Part shown: piece by piece, positions 25,398-40,609 of the stretch | Layout of the letters: each line of letters starts with the position of its first letter | Position numbering within the stretch: the stretch's first letter is position 1 | Source of the DNA: Geosiphon pyriformis uo1 | Lineage: Eukaryota > Fungi > Glomeromycota | DNA length: 64,000 nucleotides | Direction of reading: 5' to 3' | Assembly: GCA_016748015.1 (NCBI GenBank) | Contig: JAAOMT010000760.1 | Span: forward strand, 540,039-604,038 | The notes under the pieces: generated by a model | The model's database searches: none | The model's input: only the letters and a program-made list of their open reading frames with translations | What the model was told of the DNA's origin: nothing | Position numbers and translations under genes: made by a program

Positions 25398-27779
25398 TTA
25401 CCAATACTAATATTTTTTAATTTCGTGAAATAAATTGTTAAAGTGAGAGAGTAGATGTAGAAGGCTGTTTTTTATATATTATTAAGGAATTCGGAATTAA
25501 TAAATAGAGGCACCATCAATATTCCTATTTTTTTTAAAGGATTATTAAGAAAACTGAAAAAACTCAATTATGATTAACTTTTTAAAAAAATTCACAGTTT
25601 ATTAAAAGATTCAATGTTAAAATTTATTGAAAAATTATCAATTAAATCAAAATCATTATGAAAAATAAAGGATCCGAGAAATCTGGTCCCAAATTGATTA
25701 GTGAAACCAAAAAATCTGGGTATATATAAGTTTATTTTGTGATTGTAATCATGTCTAAATTATGGATTAATAAAAAAGTTCTGGTGGGTAGAAAGCGCAT
25801 GAGCCGCGTCTACAATAGAACATGTACAGGTTGTATGTAAGTAGATAAGATTTGGGTTACACTCAATAAAGCATTAAAAAAAATATAAAAACTTAAAAGA
25901 TAAAACCTAGAAAATTTATTTATTTTCAAAATTTCAAACCTCTAAACATTTTATTAAAACAACCCAATTTTTTTTATATAGGCATTCACAAAAATGAATA
26001 ATAAATTTGTTTATTTCAAGTAAAATCAGAATTTAAAAATTTTCACATTTGAAGTAAAAGCATTGAAGATGATGATTTTCCAAACAATTGTTTCATCAAA
26101 AGCAACTTTTGGTTGCAGGACCCTGAATTTTTTCGCTGGTGAGTGGATCTGCAAAAGAGTACCCAAATGGAGCTTTCAATAGTTTAGTTCTAGACGCTGA
26201 AACAATTTGGATTTTGGCGTACATTTAAACTCTAAATTTTGCTAAGAAAACCCAGATGGCTTCATTCAATTTGAATACATATATGCTCGTTTTTCATTTT
26301 AAACATTCATATCATGAAGTCAGGAAATTTAAAAGATAAAAAAATAAAATTCAATATCTTAAATGTATCAGAAATATTGCCTTTATGGTTTTTGAATTGG
26401 CCAAATACATACTTTTATGACTCTTTATATTTTTTAAGGGATGAATTTTTCGGATGAATATTTCAAGAATATTTCCCTCATCTATAAATATTTTTACCTA
26501 AATTGAATTAACAAATTTCATCAAAACTGTGATATCTTACATAATAAATCTCCAAGATTTCCTAAACTCTCATTCTTGAAACTTCTTTACTTTTTCTTCA
26601 ACTTGAGATTTTTACTAATCTTCAAAGATTTTAGCGATCACAATTTTTTCTTTTTCCAAATAATTTATAAAACATTTAAATTATTATGAAAATTTTGATT
26701 CACATAAATTATTCTCGTCAATTAAAGTTGTCTTGAAATTTCCTGCATTCTTTAAAACCATTTTGTAAAGAAATCTTTAATTTGTTTGATCTCAGATCTT
26801 TTCAGAGCTTTGAAATTCAAGACAAAATTTTTAATGGTAATTCTAACCTATTAATCATCTTTGAAAAAAACTTTTCGTTTCTCTTATGCGATTCTACAAA
26901 TGTATTTTTTATTTTATATTTCAGTAGACAGATCATTATTATTAATTGGTTGGCTGATTTTCCAATACATAACTCTATAATATGGAATTATTTTTTTGGT
27001 TTTTTTGTTGATTAAATAAAAAATTAATAATAATAATAACAATAATAATAATTTATTTTAAAGATTTTTATCTTTTTTGTACTTTTAAGGAAAATAAAAA
27101 AATTTTGAGTTAATTTTCTAAAACTTATTATGAACCATAAAAATTTTTAATTAAATGACTAAATAACATATTTTTCAATTTCTATTTTTACACAGATAAA
27201 CTTCAAGATTACTTTAACCCATCTTTATTTTGATAATTTTTGCTGTCAAGAAAATAAACATTAAAGAGAATTCATCAAATATTTTTTTTTAAAACCAAAT
27301 TTTTGTGAATTAATTAAATGAACATGTTAAATTGACAAAAAATAAAATAGTACTTGTTAATATTGCATAAAAATTGAAAGGCCTAGTGATATTAATTTCG
27401 TCACATATCATTTAATTATTACCAAATCGGAATAAATTGTTTTTTTAATTAAGGCTTTGTTATTATAAAATACATGATTGTATTTTCATATGCGCGAAAT
27501 AAAAAAATATCAAATGGTTTTTCTAATCATTTATTCAAAATTGGTGAATCATAAAAGTCGGCTTAAACCTTTAAGGAAAGGAAATCCTGTTTGTTTTCAT
27601 GGCTTTCAAGGCATTCAAAACATAATAATATTGAATAATTAATAGATATGCCTTGAAAAAAATAAACTTTGCGATGTATCTTAAATGAGAAAGCAAAATC
27701 ATTGTTAGTCAGTCTTTCGTTTAGCAGTTTGAATTGAACTAAAGGTATTCAAATCGAAGCCTTCAAGATAATAATCTTC

Positions 27780-29005
27780 CAACAATTGCCCCATGGGTAC
27801 AACTTTATTATGCTCCGGGGACCAAAATTTTTCTTCCAATGAGTTAATCGTTGTGGATTTGGGCTATTTAATAAGGATGTTTTCTGGATCGTGATTTAAA
27901 TTCGTTTTCAGTTGTTTCTTACTTGACTAATAGGAATATTATCGAAAAGAAACTCTTGCATCAAACCTTGGGTCTGGATCGCCCTTTATCAAATAATGAT
28001 AATCATAAAATGTTTGCAATCGCGATATAATCCAATGAAGTCAAAAATAGTATATGCTGGTTGCTCAGTATAAACATCGAATCTAGACAGAGGCAGGTAA
28101 TTAATGAAAGAAAAAATGGATTTCATTATTTTCTTAAATCTTACCTAAAAGTTGATTGGGCTAGTCGGCATATTCATGATTGTGCTTTGAGGAAGGATAG
28201 ACTTCCGTAACCGGAAAGCCCACTTACCCCTGTAATTTTCTAGTGCGGTCTGATTAGGGCAAAAAAATTCAAAAAATTCAAATTTTGTCAGATTTCAGCA
28301 AAAATCTATGAAAAACTTTGTACTTCGTGGGAACCATTTGCAATTTTTGGGATTTATTGGTAAAAATTAAAAACAACAATCCGTCAAGTTTTGAGGTTTG
28401 AATTTTATCGTATTATACGGTTCAAAAATAGACATATTCGAGTTGAATTTCATGAATATTTGGCCGCATTTCGTTTGAAGAGATTACTTTGAAACCATTC
28501 TTCCATTCATAAACACCATTTTTTTTCTTCTGAAACTTCATTTGCTTCAGGATGACTATTTTCGATTCCACATCTTTGACTCTCCCATAGACCATCTCAA
28601 TCTTCGAAACAGCTTCCTATTGCTTATAGTCAAACCAATAGTTTATGGATGGGACTGGAATTCCGATAGAAAACCTTTCTTGTTTGAAAGAAACTGATAT
28701 TAAAGGCTTTTGATAATTTCGAGAAAGTTCAAAGCTTTTGGAATTGAAAAAGTGGCAATATATAAAGCGCATATTTTTATTAAAAGCATGCGAAACCATA
28801 ATTCAAAATTTAATCTTGATGGAATTGTGAACCTTTTTATCAATTTAAAATTTCCGCGATGAAATCCATTTGCTATTTAGGTTTTGATGAAAGAGGCATC
28901 AAAATATTAGGTTCTTCAACACTATTTATATAATTCCCATTTTTAACTTGAATAATCGTTGTCAAGCTTTTTATTTTGAAGATAAGAATATCTTCGAAGC
29001 ATCCA
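27780..29005 (-). pseudogene. Possible decayed lipase-3 paralogue
   Basis: Scattered fragments (MRFIYC, EEWF..EMRPNIHEI, GLYRDC, H....PMG.C) occur in the same order as in the intact lipases. Many stops. Confidence 0.3.
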
Positions 29006-29313
29006 TTTTAGTGATTAAATAACTAAGCGATTTGAATTTGTCCTAGGTCTTTTTCCTTTTTAGCAACGTTTTTATTCATTCACTTGATTTGTCATTCAAA
29101 AAGCTGTTATTCATTAAAATTGTGAAATCCTACACATCCTAATACGACCATTCATCGTTGCACTTGCATAATACATGCAAGTGGGTTTAAGGATTAAAAA
29201 CCTCGATTTTTAAGTGAAACAATAAAGAATTGTTTAAAAGGAATTATTTTTTCAATAATTCTGTATCCAAATTGTCAAGTCCTCATGTTTTTATGTTCAT
29301 CAAAATAGTAATA

Positions 29314-30351
29314 ATGAAATTTTTGTTAATTGCACTTATTATTATTATTAATGTTCTGACAATGGTGAAGGCTTCGTTAATCGATAGGTTTTTCAATGAA
29401 ACTAATTCTACGTCTTCTTTTTCGTCGTCCTCGTCATCATCATCACCCACGAAAGAGACATGTGAACAAATTTTCAATTTAATTGCTCCGAAAAATTGTT
29501 CTCAATGCCAGAATACAATCTATCAGGCCGAGTCTAACTCTTCCGGACTTGATGGATGCTCCACCTTTTTAAATATTCAAAGAAGCGTTGACCAGAATAT
29601 TGAAACCTTTTTAGAGGACTCATGCACTAATAATCACTGTAATACCACTCTTGCTCAAGAATTATTAAAACAGATTGATAAAGATTGTAGCTCAGAGTTG
29701 AAGGCCTACATCAATAGTATCGATAGTGAGAATTATGATATGGAGGATCCTAATGGTATTGTTGCTGGAATTTGGGGTAGATTGTATATCTCTACGCCTG
29801 TCAAACAGAGTTTGTGTCAAAAGAATTTTAAGGGTGGTGAGTTCAATATAATTTAAGAAGCTTTGATGATATTTTCTTGTGAGATTTAAAACAACATAAA
29901 ATTTAAAGTTGAATTCTTTTAATTTACATTTTCTTCTCAAGGATACTGTGTACCAGACATTCAAGCTCAAATCAATCAATCCTTAACGACCAATCAATCA
30001 GCTCTTAATGGTAGTATTGTTTACTCAATTACTCCACCAGATTCATCAGTTAGCTATTACACTTCACAAAATCAAACGAGAGTTACCACAATGTTGCCAA
30101 AAAATATCCTTTGCAGTGAGTGTTATACCAAAATCTCCCAATCTTGGATTGATTATATAAATAAGAACCCTCCAGAGAATGGTATCATGAACAAACAAAT
30201 TGAGTTAGCTATTCAACCGGTCAAAGGGAATTTGACTGCGCTATGTAACATTCAGAGTTCAAATGGATTCAGAAAAATTGATTTAACTTTTATTAATCAA
30301 GCTTTTATTGGTTTGATATCATTTATTATTTTTTCTACTTTTGCTTGTTAA
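29314..30351 (+). CDS. Secreted Cys-rich, probably GPI-anchored protein, 2 exons (29314-29836, 29942-30351)
   Basis: Signal peptide MKFLLIALIIIINVLTMVKA, Ser tract and spaced Cys. A phase-1 intron gives CQKNFKG|GYC, followed by LCSECY and a hydrophobic C-terminal tail after SSNG. Confidence 0.85.
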
Positions 30352-33009
30352 TTTTATAAAAATCTTTTTAAGAATTTGATAAAGTATGTATTTAAAAAAT
30401 TACTTTTCAATATGATGTAAAATTTGAAAGTTACGACTGGGAGCGATTTAAATATTTTTCTTTGTTTCTTTTTTTAATTTTATTGAATAATTGTAGTTTA
30501 TTAGATCAATAATAGAATTCGAATTTTGGACTCTTAAAAAATTGAAATTTATCATTATTGAAAATAAGAATTATTTTGATTTACAAAAAAAATTTCTTTT
30601 TCAATTAAGTTTCACTCGTCAGGAAATTTCCATTATTGTAAAGTAAATGATGGGGTAACATGACTAATATCATCAATACTACTGGAATTGGAACGTAAAT
30701 AATTCTCTCAATTTTGCAAATCATCATTACAATGTTTTTTTCTCGATAAAATATAATTCGTATATGCAAGAAACCATCTGATTTTGTAATAAAAAAACTA
30801 TTTATGTTGCGCATTGAGAGTTAGAAATAAATTTTCTATGAATAAAAATTGATTCTTAACAGCCAACAAACATAAAAATGTATCATTTCCGATATTGAAT
30901 TCTGGTGCAAACAAGGATGAGAAGAAAACCTTGATGCTCAAAAAAAAGTAAAATAACTGAAATTTTGAGTGATTTATAAAATTTAAAAATCAAACGATAT
31001 TTAATAGAGCATCTGATTTACAGGAAAAATTTTCTTTTTAACATCTTTTTAATAATTAATTTTGACCCTTTAAAATATCTAGCAGTAATCTTTTTATGAT
31101 TCGATTAAAACATTTTTGTTTATAATTCAAATATTTCCTTTTTTTTTGAGAATAATCCATAAATTTTCAATTATATTTAGATTAAAAATTGACAAATCAA
31201 TTAATTATGCGAATATTTTAAAATTCTAAAATTGACACATAATTCTTTGGAATATGAATTCAATCATCATTTTGTTAAATGTTATTTATAAAAGCAATAT
31301 TTAAATTAGGAAATAAATAAGATTTAAAAATTTTAAAATAATTTTTGTCTTATAAATGAAAAAATATTCAATTATTTTTTTTAATAAAATAAAATTTATT
31401 ATTATTTTTATTATTGAACAATTTAAATAAAAATTTTTATGATTGTATATTTTAATTGAATATTATTGTAAATTTAAAAAATGGTTTTATTTAAAAAAAT
31501 TGTGTAAAACCAATTGTTTTGAATATAACTAAATACCTTAAATTTAGTACATGTTTTGTAACCATAAAAACTATTATGGCAATATTATTAAAATTTATTT
31601 AAAAAATTAAAATAATAACATTTTTTAAGTACTAAAATAAAAAAAATATTCAAATAATTTTTACTATAAATGTGTAATTTGTTTAAAAGGTTCAAAAATT
31701 TTATATTTGAAATAAGTATAAACACAATAATTTTTTAAAATTAATTTCTCTTTAATAAAATCTATTAATCTCAAATTTAATAAATTATCAACTTTTTTAA
31801 AATTAGTATATGAAAATTAAATTCTAGATCTAAATCAAATTTTTGTTGAAAACTTCTGTTTCTTAAGTGATTGCAGAATAAAAAAAAATATTAAGCCTTG
31901 AAAACTGTTTGAGAAATAGATTGGTAAGAAAAAAGTCTTTAAAAATGAATTTTTAAGCAAAAATTATATGATTATAATTAAAGAATTTTGTTATAAAAAA
32001 ACTAAAACAATTTAAACATCAACTAATATATAAAATAAATATATAACATATAATTATCTTTAAAAAAATTTATATCTTTTGAAAAAACTAAAAAAAACAT
32101 TAACAACAATATTAAAAAAGGTAAAATAACAATTATCAAGAATGAGCAAGAAATCCAAAATATATATTTTTGAGTTTATGTACTGTAAACTTTGAATAAT
32201 AAGTTATAAAAATTACTTCAACAGATTATTATTTCATATCTTCTTTATAATCGAAATTGAATTTAAAAAAAAAAATTGTAAATACAATTATTTATAATAA
32301 GCCAAAATAGACAATATTGTACTTATATTCAATTTAAGGATTAATCAAATTGACATAAATTGATGCAATTACAGTATTTTTTGTGTTAATTACGAAAATT
32401 CTCCTGATCAAATTCCGAGAGAAAAAACATTTTTACTTAGAATGGCTTTTTTATAAAAATAATAAATAGTGAATTTCATATTAAAATTTAAAAAAACACT
32501 TTCAGAAATTTACAAAATAATAGAAAAGAGTTGATGATTTCAATAGAATAACAATTTTAAGCACATAAGCTGTCTTGTTTGATCATTTCTTAATAGTTTT
32601 CATATTATGAACTAGCCATCAAATAGCCTGAAATTTAATCTCATTTAGTTCAAACAAATATAGAAAAAAATGCTAAGGAATTGTAAGGATTTAAACTAGT
32701 TATAGTAAATAATGGTTAAAGAATATTACTATTTTATTAATAAAACTAATAACAATGACAATAGTCGAAATAACTAAGTTGCATGAAATTTGAATTTGCA
32801 TTACGAAAAAAATGGGTTTCAAATTAATGTAATGAAATAATGCTTTATTAAAACTTATATTTAGCCCTAAGATGTAAAAATAATAATATTCAGCGTTTCT
32901 TTTTCTTAACTATCCGAGAATTATGTTCCAAGTTTCCAAAATAATATGAAATAACAATATCTCATTCAGCCACCTTACCTTTCACAAAAAATAAAATATT
33001 TTATAGCTA

Positions 33010-33546
33010 TCCCTATGATAATCTTACATGGGCAATTGGGGATATTTGCCACCGCGTTCAATATATCCCCCACAGATTCACTTTGACTGTTTGAGACAGT
33101 AATAATTTGACGCTTAATAATATCATTACGTTCGGCTGCACGAACAAAAATGTAGGCTGAATTAAATGAATTTGTTTTAGTGACATTTTGTGCGAAGCGA
33201 GATAAAAGAAAATATCAATTTTTCTCATTACCAAGATCCTCAAAGTGAACTAATCTGCAATGAGTATTCTGGTAGCGGTGACTGGAAGTTTGCAAAAAAA
33301 AGTTACGGTTTTTTTTTAATTAGCCGTACCATCGATCAGGAAGTCAACTTTTTCCGCGGTTGGTTGCCAAGTTTCAGATTTCCAGATGTCCCTATAAACG
33401 GGAATGACTTAAACTGGTATTCAAGTTTCAAGAAATTAATCATAAAGGCACCTTTCATTTGCCACGCCAAGAACAGGATTTTTTTAAACCCACTTCCATT
33501 ATTGGACAATTCCCGGCCTTTTACTTCATTACGAACTAACCCATAA
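33010..33546 (+). pseudogene. Possible decayed lipase-3 3' half
   Basis: ITFG, SHYQD, EYSGSGDW and IDQEVN loosely parallel VTFG, THTKD, EYWIS..C and ENQ|V of the intact paralogues. Confidence 0.25.
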
Positions 33547-35014
33547 GTTTCATGACCGGCATTGGCTAAACCCAGTACGACACTATGAGTTATCAGTTAT
33601 ACGAATCGAATAATTTATAACCTTGTAACTAAAACTACTCACTGGCTCATTTATCTGAACGTTAATGGTGTTGATAGTTGTTATTTGTGAAAAAAACAAA
33701 CAAAAAGAAGACTTTAAAAAATACTATTTGGTACCTGTTGAAAATTTTTTTAAATAATAAATTTTTAACAATTAGTATTTGGGATGTTTCAAAGAAAGTG
33801 TCCTTATCTTCTCACTTTCTTAATATTCTAAAAGCGGGGATCTGAAATCGCAAGATACTGTATTTCCAATCAGTGGATCACAAGCCCAAATATGCTGACC
33901 AGACCTTAAAAATTGGTTAGATAAAAATTTATAATCAGTCATATCATTTCAAAAACCCGCTGAATTCGATCATGAAGAGTTGTTCCTAGAATTTAAAAGC
34001 CTTTCTAAAGTACCCTATAAAATAAATTATTGGCAGTAAGACGCAAATTAATGGAAAAATTAAAGTCTTTTCTCAAATTCAATTAATTGTGCATTACTTG
34101 GATGGTGGCATGTGTATTAAAAAAATTCTAAATGTGTGTTGATATTTTTGACTCCCTGATCAGTTAATTAAGTTGTTAAAAGCAGATTAATTATTTTTTT
34201 GAAGAAGGCCTTCAATAAAAAGACCAAGGCCCTCTACAAATTCGATTATAATTTGGCTACATGATGATATATTGTGGCTCATTTAAAACTCGGGAACCTT
34301 TATTATTAATTAAAAAGACATTATATGCGTCAATCGAAAAGAAAAGTGAACATATAATTGGGAATAGATTGTATTCCAAATTTAATTGACTGGAATCGCA
34401 ATATATATCATGTCAATTTTATATATTTCATGATGATTGTAGCAGCTTTAAAGCTGGCCTTTATCCAGTTTAAATCCTAATTAGCGCTTTTTGATTTCAT
34501 AGCTTAAATTTTGAATTAAAAAAGGTTCATTACTTCTGTGGTTTAATAAAATCAGATAGCTTGGTATGCTCCAAATGGCTCATTTGACATAAGCTACTTT
34601 AATATACAAACTATATGCATATTTATAATACCAAGACTTCTTTCCCAGAGTACCTACTCAAATTAGGAGGCCTTTCTTCAAATGAAAATTAAGATAAAAT
34701 TTTACATTTGGTGAGCATATTTACAATCATAGTCAAAATATTCGATGAGCCACTTTTAAACTGGTAATTTTCCCAGAATAAAAAATGAGGTGTAGTTTTT
34801 TCTCTGTTATTTATAAATGGAATCACATGGAAAGAATGCATTTGAAACATTAACTTTAATAATTTTGGCATAGAACTTAATCCTGTAGTCTTTTTACTAC
34901 AAAACTTATTTCAACCATAATTTTTAAGATTATATTACCATAAAGGATTTACATGAAAAACTAGTATTCCTGAAATTAAATGAAAATCTGAAAAAGGTAA
35001 TTAGTAGGTTTAAT

Positions 35015-36176
35015 TTAATCGTAATAAATTCGGTTTCCACAATCTGCTTCCCAGCCGATGTCATTTAAAATTTGGGATTCGCCTGGTTCTACCGATCTGC
35101 TATCTTCTGCAATTAGGGATTCTCTTAGCTTGTCGGCTCTTTTGCTTCCTCTACTGCAATTAAAAAGTAATGCGGGATCCATTTCAGTCAGATAAAACTT
35201 TTTTAGATCTTTCCTTAATTCTTTTCTTAAAATTTGTTTGTACGGCATGACTTTGTAAAAGTAATCAACCGACGAAATCTCATAAAACCGAATCAATGCC
35301 AAAAACGGATCAATTTTTTTTTGAAGACTTTCGAACTCCTTGTTTGACCATCGAGAAAATTCTTTGGAGAGCGAAACATCCTGTGCACAACCCCAGCGAA
35401 TTGCTTCCTCCCAAATCTCGATTTCGCACATTTCCAGATCATCATGTCCTAACAATCTGACTAAAGCATCGATATTTTCTGAATTGAGAAAAGAGGTTGA
35501 ACTTAAAAAAAGCTTTGGTTGTTTTAATAAAGTGGTTTTCAATCTTGAGGCCAAGATTTGGAAATTTTGTGAATTATAAATTCGGCAATAGTGATCGTAA
35601 ACTTTAGTCGATATTTTGTCATCAAATGTGTTGTAAATTCTGTCGTAATTGTCTAGAATATGAGTTCGAATCGATTCTGCCAAGTTGGTCATTAAGAGTT
35701 CGTCTGCAGCCAAGTACATTTCAAAAAGGTCTGAATCACCGCCAGAGTTCTCGATTTTTAGTTGACCCGAATATATGTAACTATTTTTCAAAGTACAAAT
35801 ATTGTAAGTTTTATCTGATCGATTTATAACTCGACTTTCTATCAGCAAGGCTAACTCACCTCAAGATTAAAGCGAACACTGATGGTTCAATGTTAGGCTT
35901 CTCAAAAGTGACTCTCCCAGATGAATCTTTTTTGGACCAGTTAGTAGATAGAGCAGTTTTAAAATAATTACATCTTGCTTTTAGTATCAGCGTGTGTACT
36001 TTGAACGACTTGGACATAGCTTGGCTTCCGACTCTAATAATCATGTCGTGATCATCACTAGTTTCTAAAAGTTTTGAAAAGTTTGGCGCATAAGAACAAT
36101 CGATAGTCTCGAATGATAGTGCTGAATGATTACTTTGAGCTCTTCTAATGTTCATATTAGCAATGTTAATATTCAT
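35015..36176 (-). CDS. BTB/POZ-BACK domain protein, 2 exons (36176-35860, 35780-35015)
   Basis: DMIIRVG..FKVHTLILKARCNYFKTALSTNW..FEKPNIEPSVFALIL|YIYSG, AADELL, DDLEMCEIEIWEEAIRWG and IRFYEISSVDYFYKVMPYK. No TLDc/kelch tail seen. Confidence 0.92.
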
Positions 36177-36891
36177 TAAACGTTTTATTTAAGAATAAGA
36201 ACTACAGTCTATTATATCTCAACGAACAGATTTTATAATAGGAAATTCGATTACCATTTCTTTCTATAATTAGTTCACAATCAATCATTTACTATGCTTA
36301 ATTGTTATCAAACGGGAAAATTGTCATATTTAATTATGATTTATAAGAATTTGCAATGACAAAGCTCTTCAATTTTTTTTTAGCCTAGAAATTCAAGAAA
36401 GATTGATAAAATTTTAGTATTATTCATATCATTCCACAAATGTCTTTCCTTTATATCATAAAATTTCTTGAGGGTATGATTTGATTTGGATCAAAATATT
36501 TTTGAACAATTTGAACAATGGTTTCTTCTCTACCATAAAAACATTCGATAAATGAACTCCTAATTTGTAAATAATATTAGGATAGTTGATATTGGTATTG
36601 ATATTAAGGAAATATAAACTTTAAACCTTAAAGACATACTTTAAATTAATAATCTTTTTATGCGCTGAAAAAAGTGTCAATTTGTCTAAACTGAGGTACC
36701 TTTACAATTTAAAACCAATCATTTTTCAAAAATAGGTTCAAATTTCAAGATATACTTTAGGGTTATTGAATTTTTGAATATGAGAAATAGCAAATTCAAA
36801 AAGACTTGTTCAAAGAGGATTTTTTTATTTGTCAAGATATCTTAAAATTTTATGACAATCAACCAATCTAAGTTCTATTGGTTTAACATTT

Positions 36892-39800
36892 TTGATTTCA
36901 AGAAAAAAATCTGATATTTACAAACAGATTCTAAAAGTTTATTCCCAATAACAGACTTTTCAATATAAATTTATTTCAATATTATTTAGGTTGGTTCAAT
37001 TTGATATTATATATTAGCTACTTGTAATTAGTCATATTAATCATTTTAAAAAGTCTTATTCATTTGTTCATTTGATTCTTAATTCATTTTAATTTTTATA
37101 TTTTTTATCTTATTAACCCAATATAGATATGTGAATTTTTATCGTTTTTAATTTCATATTTAGAGCTTTTTTTATTAAGATATATAATAAATAAATTTTT
37201 TTAATACTTTTATTATTAAAATATATGAATATTTAATTTGAATATGAGAATTCTTTAAATTACATACTATTTTATTATTATTTGCCAATTTTGGAGTTTT
37301 AACAAATAAATATGGTTTTGTTTTTTCAAAATGGATATTTATATTATTTATTATTGAGATGAATTTATTTCAAAAGTCAAAAATTATTTAATATAAGAAA
37401 TAATGAAGGGTTTAAAATGTTTCTCATAATATGTTAATATAAATTTAATTATCAATATTTTTTTATTTTGAGAACCTAATTAACATAAATATATCTATGA
37501 ATTTTAAGTTTCTTTGAAATATATTTGCATTAAATTTTATTTTTTTAATATCAAAGAAATAAATAACGAAAAAAAATTTGCTTATAATTAAAATTAAAAA
37601 TGTTAAATATGTAATACTATTTATAATGAAGAAAGAGCAAATGAAAAAATTAGAGAGGGTACTCGGAAAACGTGCGTTCAATTTTCTATCAGTGGATTGA
37701 GTCTATACTTAAAAAAGACACATTTTATGTATATGCCTTTTTGCTGTAGTTTATTATACCCAAGCTATAAATTTTTTTAATTAAAAAAGGCATCATGGTC
37801 TCTCTCTGCGAAAAAAGATTGCTATCACAGCTTAATTAGGAAGCCTGTTTCCCCAATTAAAACATCTTGATAGAAATGTACACAATTTATCAAGTGATAA
37901 TTGACCGTGAAAATTCACAAAGAACTTTCCTCCAACGATGGTTAATATGCTTTTTAAAGTTCCTTGGTGGCAATAGAAAATCAAATTTTTAAAGTCGATT
38001 GAAAGTTTTTTTTGGAATAAAAATTTCTAGAAAGTTTGCGTCATCAATTTTAAGAACATTCTTACATTTATTTGCACTAAGAGTAAATAAACTATTCCCA
38101 AAAGGTATGGCGTGAATAAATTAATTTATTTAGTCAATTGAATCTTTTGTTTTAGGTAATTTGCGTAAGAGGATAACAGGTTTAAAAATATAAGGAAAAT
38201 AACTTTTAATGGACAATGAAATAGGTCATCTGTAGTACAAATTCGGTGAGTCAATGAAAAATGGATTTGGAAAAATTGGTTAAATCCCGAAATACCACTA
38301 TTAAATCTCTGGCTGTGATTTGCGAAAATTATTAACTTGACGATTATATTTTGAATTTAAATGAATTTATTATTATTAATAATATTATTATATTATTATT
38401 TTCTTATGCATTTCATTCAAAAATAATTTTAAATTCCTTTCGACTATTAATGAACCTAAATTNNNNNNNNNNNNNNNNNNNNTTGATTTCAAGAAAAAAA
38501 TCTGATATTTACAAACAGATTCTAAAAGTTTATTCCCAATAACAGACTTTTCAATATAAATTTATTTCAATATTATTTAGGTTGGTTCAATTTGATATTA
38601 TATATTAGCTACTTGTAATTAGTCATATTAATCATTTTAAAAAGTCTTATTCATTTGTTCATTTGATTCTTAATTCATTTTAATTTTTATATTTTTTATC
38701 TTATTAACCCAATATAGATATGTGAATTTTTATCGTTTTTAATTTCATATTTAGAGCTTTTTTTATTAAGATATATAATAAATAAATTTTTTTAATACTT
38801 TTATTATTAAAATATATGAATATTTAATTTGAATATGAGAATTCTTTAAATTACATACTATTTTATTATTATTTGCCAATTTTGGAGTTTTAACAAATAA
38901 ATATGGTTTTGTTTTTTCAAAATGGATATTTATATTATTTATTATTGAGATGAATTTATTTCAAAAGTCAAAAATTATTTAATATAAGAAATAATGAAGG
39001 GTTTAAAATGTTTCTCATAATATGTTAATATAAATTTAATTATCAATATTTTTTTATTTTGAGAACCTAATTAACATAAATATATCTATGAATTTTAAGT
39101 TTCTTTGAAATATATTTGCATTAAATTTTATTTTTTTAATATCAAAGAAATAAATAACGAAAAAAAATTTGCTTATAATTAAAATTAAAAATGTTAAATA
39201 TGTAATACTATTTATAATGAAGAAAGAGCAAATGAAAAAATTAGAGAGGGTACTCGGAAAACGTGCGTTCAATTTTCTATCAGTGGATTGAGTCTATACT
39301 TAAAAAAGACACATTTTATGTATATGCCTTTTTGCTGTAGTTTATTATACCCAAGCTATAAATTTTTTTAATTAAAAAAGGCATCATGGTCTCTCTCTGC
39401 GAAAAAAGATTGCTATCACAGCTTAATTAGGAAGCCTGTTTCCCCAATTAAAACATCTTGATAGAAATGTACACAATTTATCAAGTGATAATTGACCGTG
39501 AAAATTCACAAAGAACTTTCCTCCAACGATGGTTAATATGCTTTTTAAAGTTCCTTGGTGGCAATAGAAAATCAAATTTTTAAAGTCGATTGAAAGTTTT
39601 TTTTGGAATAAAAATTTCTAGAAAGTTTGCGTCATCAATTTTAAGAACATTCTTACATTTATTTGCACTAAGAGTAAATAAACTATTCCCAAAAGGTATG
39701 GCGTGAATAAATTAATTTATTTAGTCAATTGAATCTTTTGTTTTAGGTAATTTGCGTAAGAGGATAACAGGTTTAAAAATATAAGGAAAATAACTTTTAA

Positions 39801-40053
39801 TGGACAATGAAATAGGTCATCTGTAGTACAAATTCGGTGAGTCAATGAAAAATGGATTTGGAAAAATTGGTTAAATCCCGAAATACCACTATTAAATCTC
39901 TGGCTGTGATTTGCGAAAATTATTAACTTGACGATTATATTTTGAATTTAAATGAATTTATTATTATTAATAATATTATTATATTATTATTTTCTTATGC
40001 ATTTCATTCAAAAATAATTTTAAATTCCTTTCGACTATTAATGAACCTAAATT
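36892..40053 (+). repeat. Apparently exact 1571-bp direct duplication (36892-38462 and 38483-40053) flanking a 20-N gap
   Basis: Offset of 1591 bp. Identical ORFs at 37463 and 39054. The copies abut the N run at 38463-38482. Confidence 0.95.
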
Positions 40054-40609
40054 TTTAATTTTTTAATGTTTTTTAGGAATACCATGCATTAAATTCTGAG
40101 TTGTGGTTTCGCATAAGTGATAAAATTTTTTTGCAAAATTAACACATGGCGAAACCTGTTTCATTTTGTCAAATAAAGCATTGGATCATTTTATTTTTGG
40201 GAGCCTGAATTGCCTGCAATACTGGAACGTGCTAAATAAATAAACAAACAAACTGGAGGTATCAAGTTTTAGTCGAATTCGAACTTTGTTTAAAAATGCT
40301 CGACCATTAGTTTCGCTCAACTTTTCGTAACAGCAAAACAAAATTTATGCGTTAAATAATATTGAATTTTTAGATAATTTGACACAATGAAGAATTTTTT
40401 ACAATTAAAATTTAAATGATCGTAAGTATTGAAACTGCTTTCTATTATGGTTGGGAATATTGGGTATTTTTTAAGAATAGATCAGAGCCCAGCAAATAAA
40501 TTGAAATTTACTATACTTTTAATGATGTCTTAGTATTTTTTTTAATTATTAATATCATTACAATTTGATCACCATTTCTGAACTCTTATGTATTTTATGA
40601 TTTTATTAC

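Noticed and set aside
36892-40053. 1.57-kb perfect tandem duplication as a biological repeat
   Set aside because: The copies look identical and directly flank a 20-N scaffold gap, typical of unmerged overlapping contig ends. Read depth would decide.
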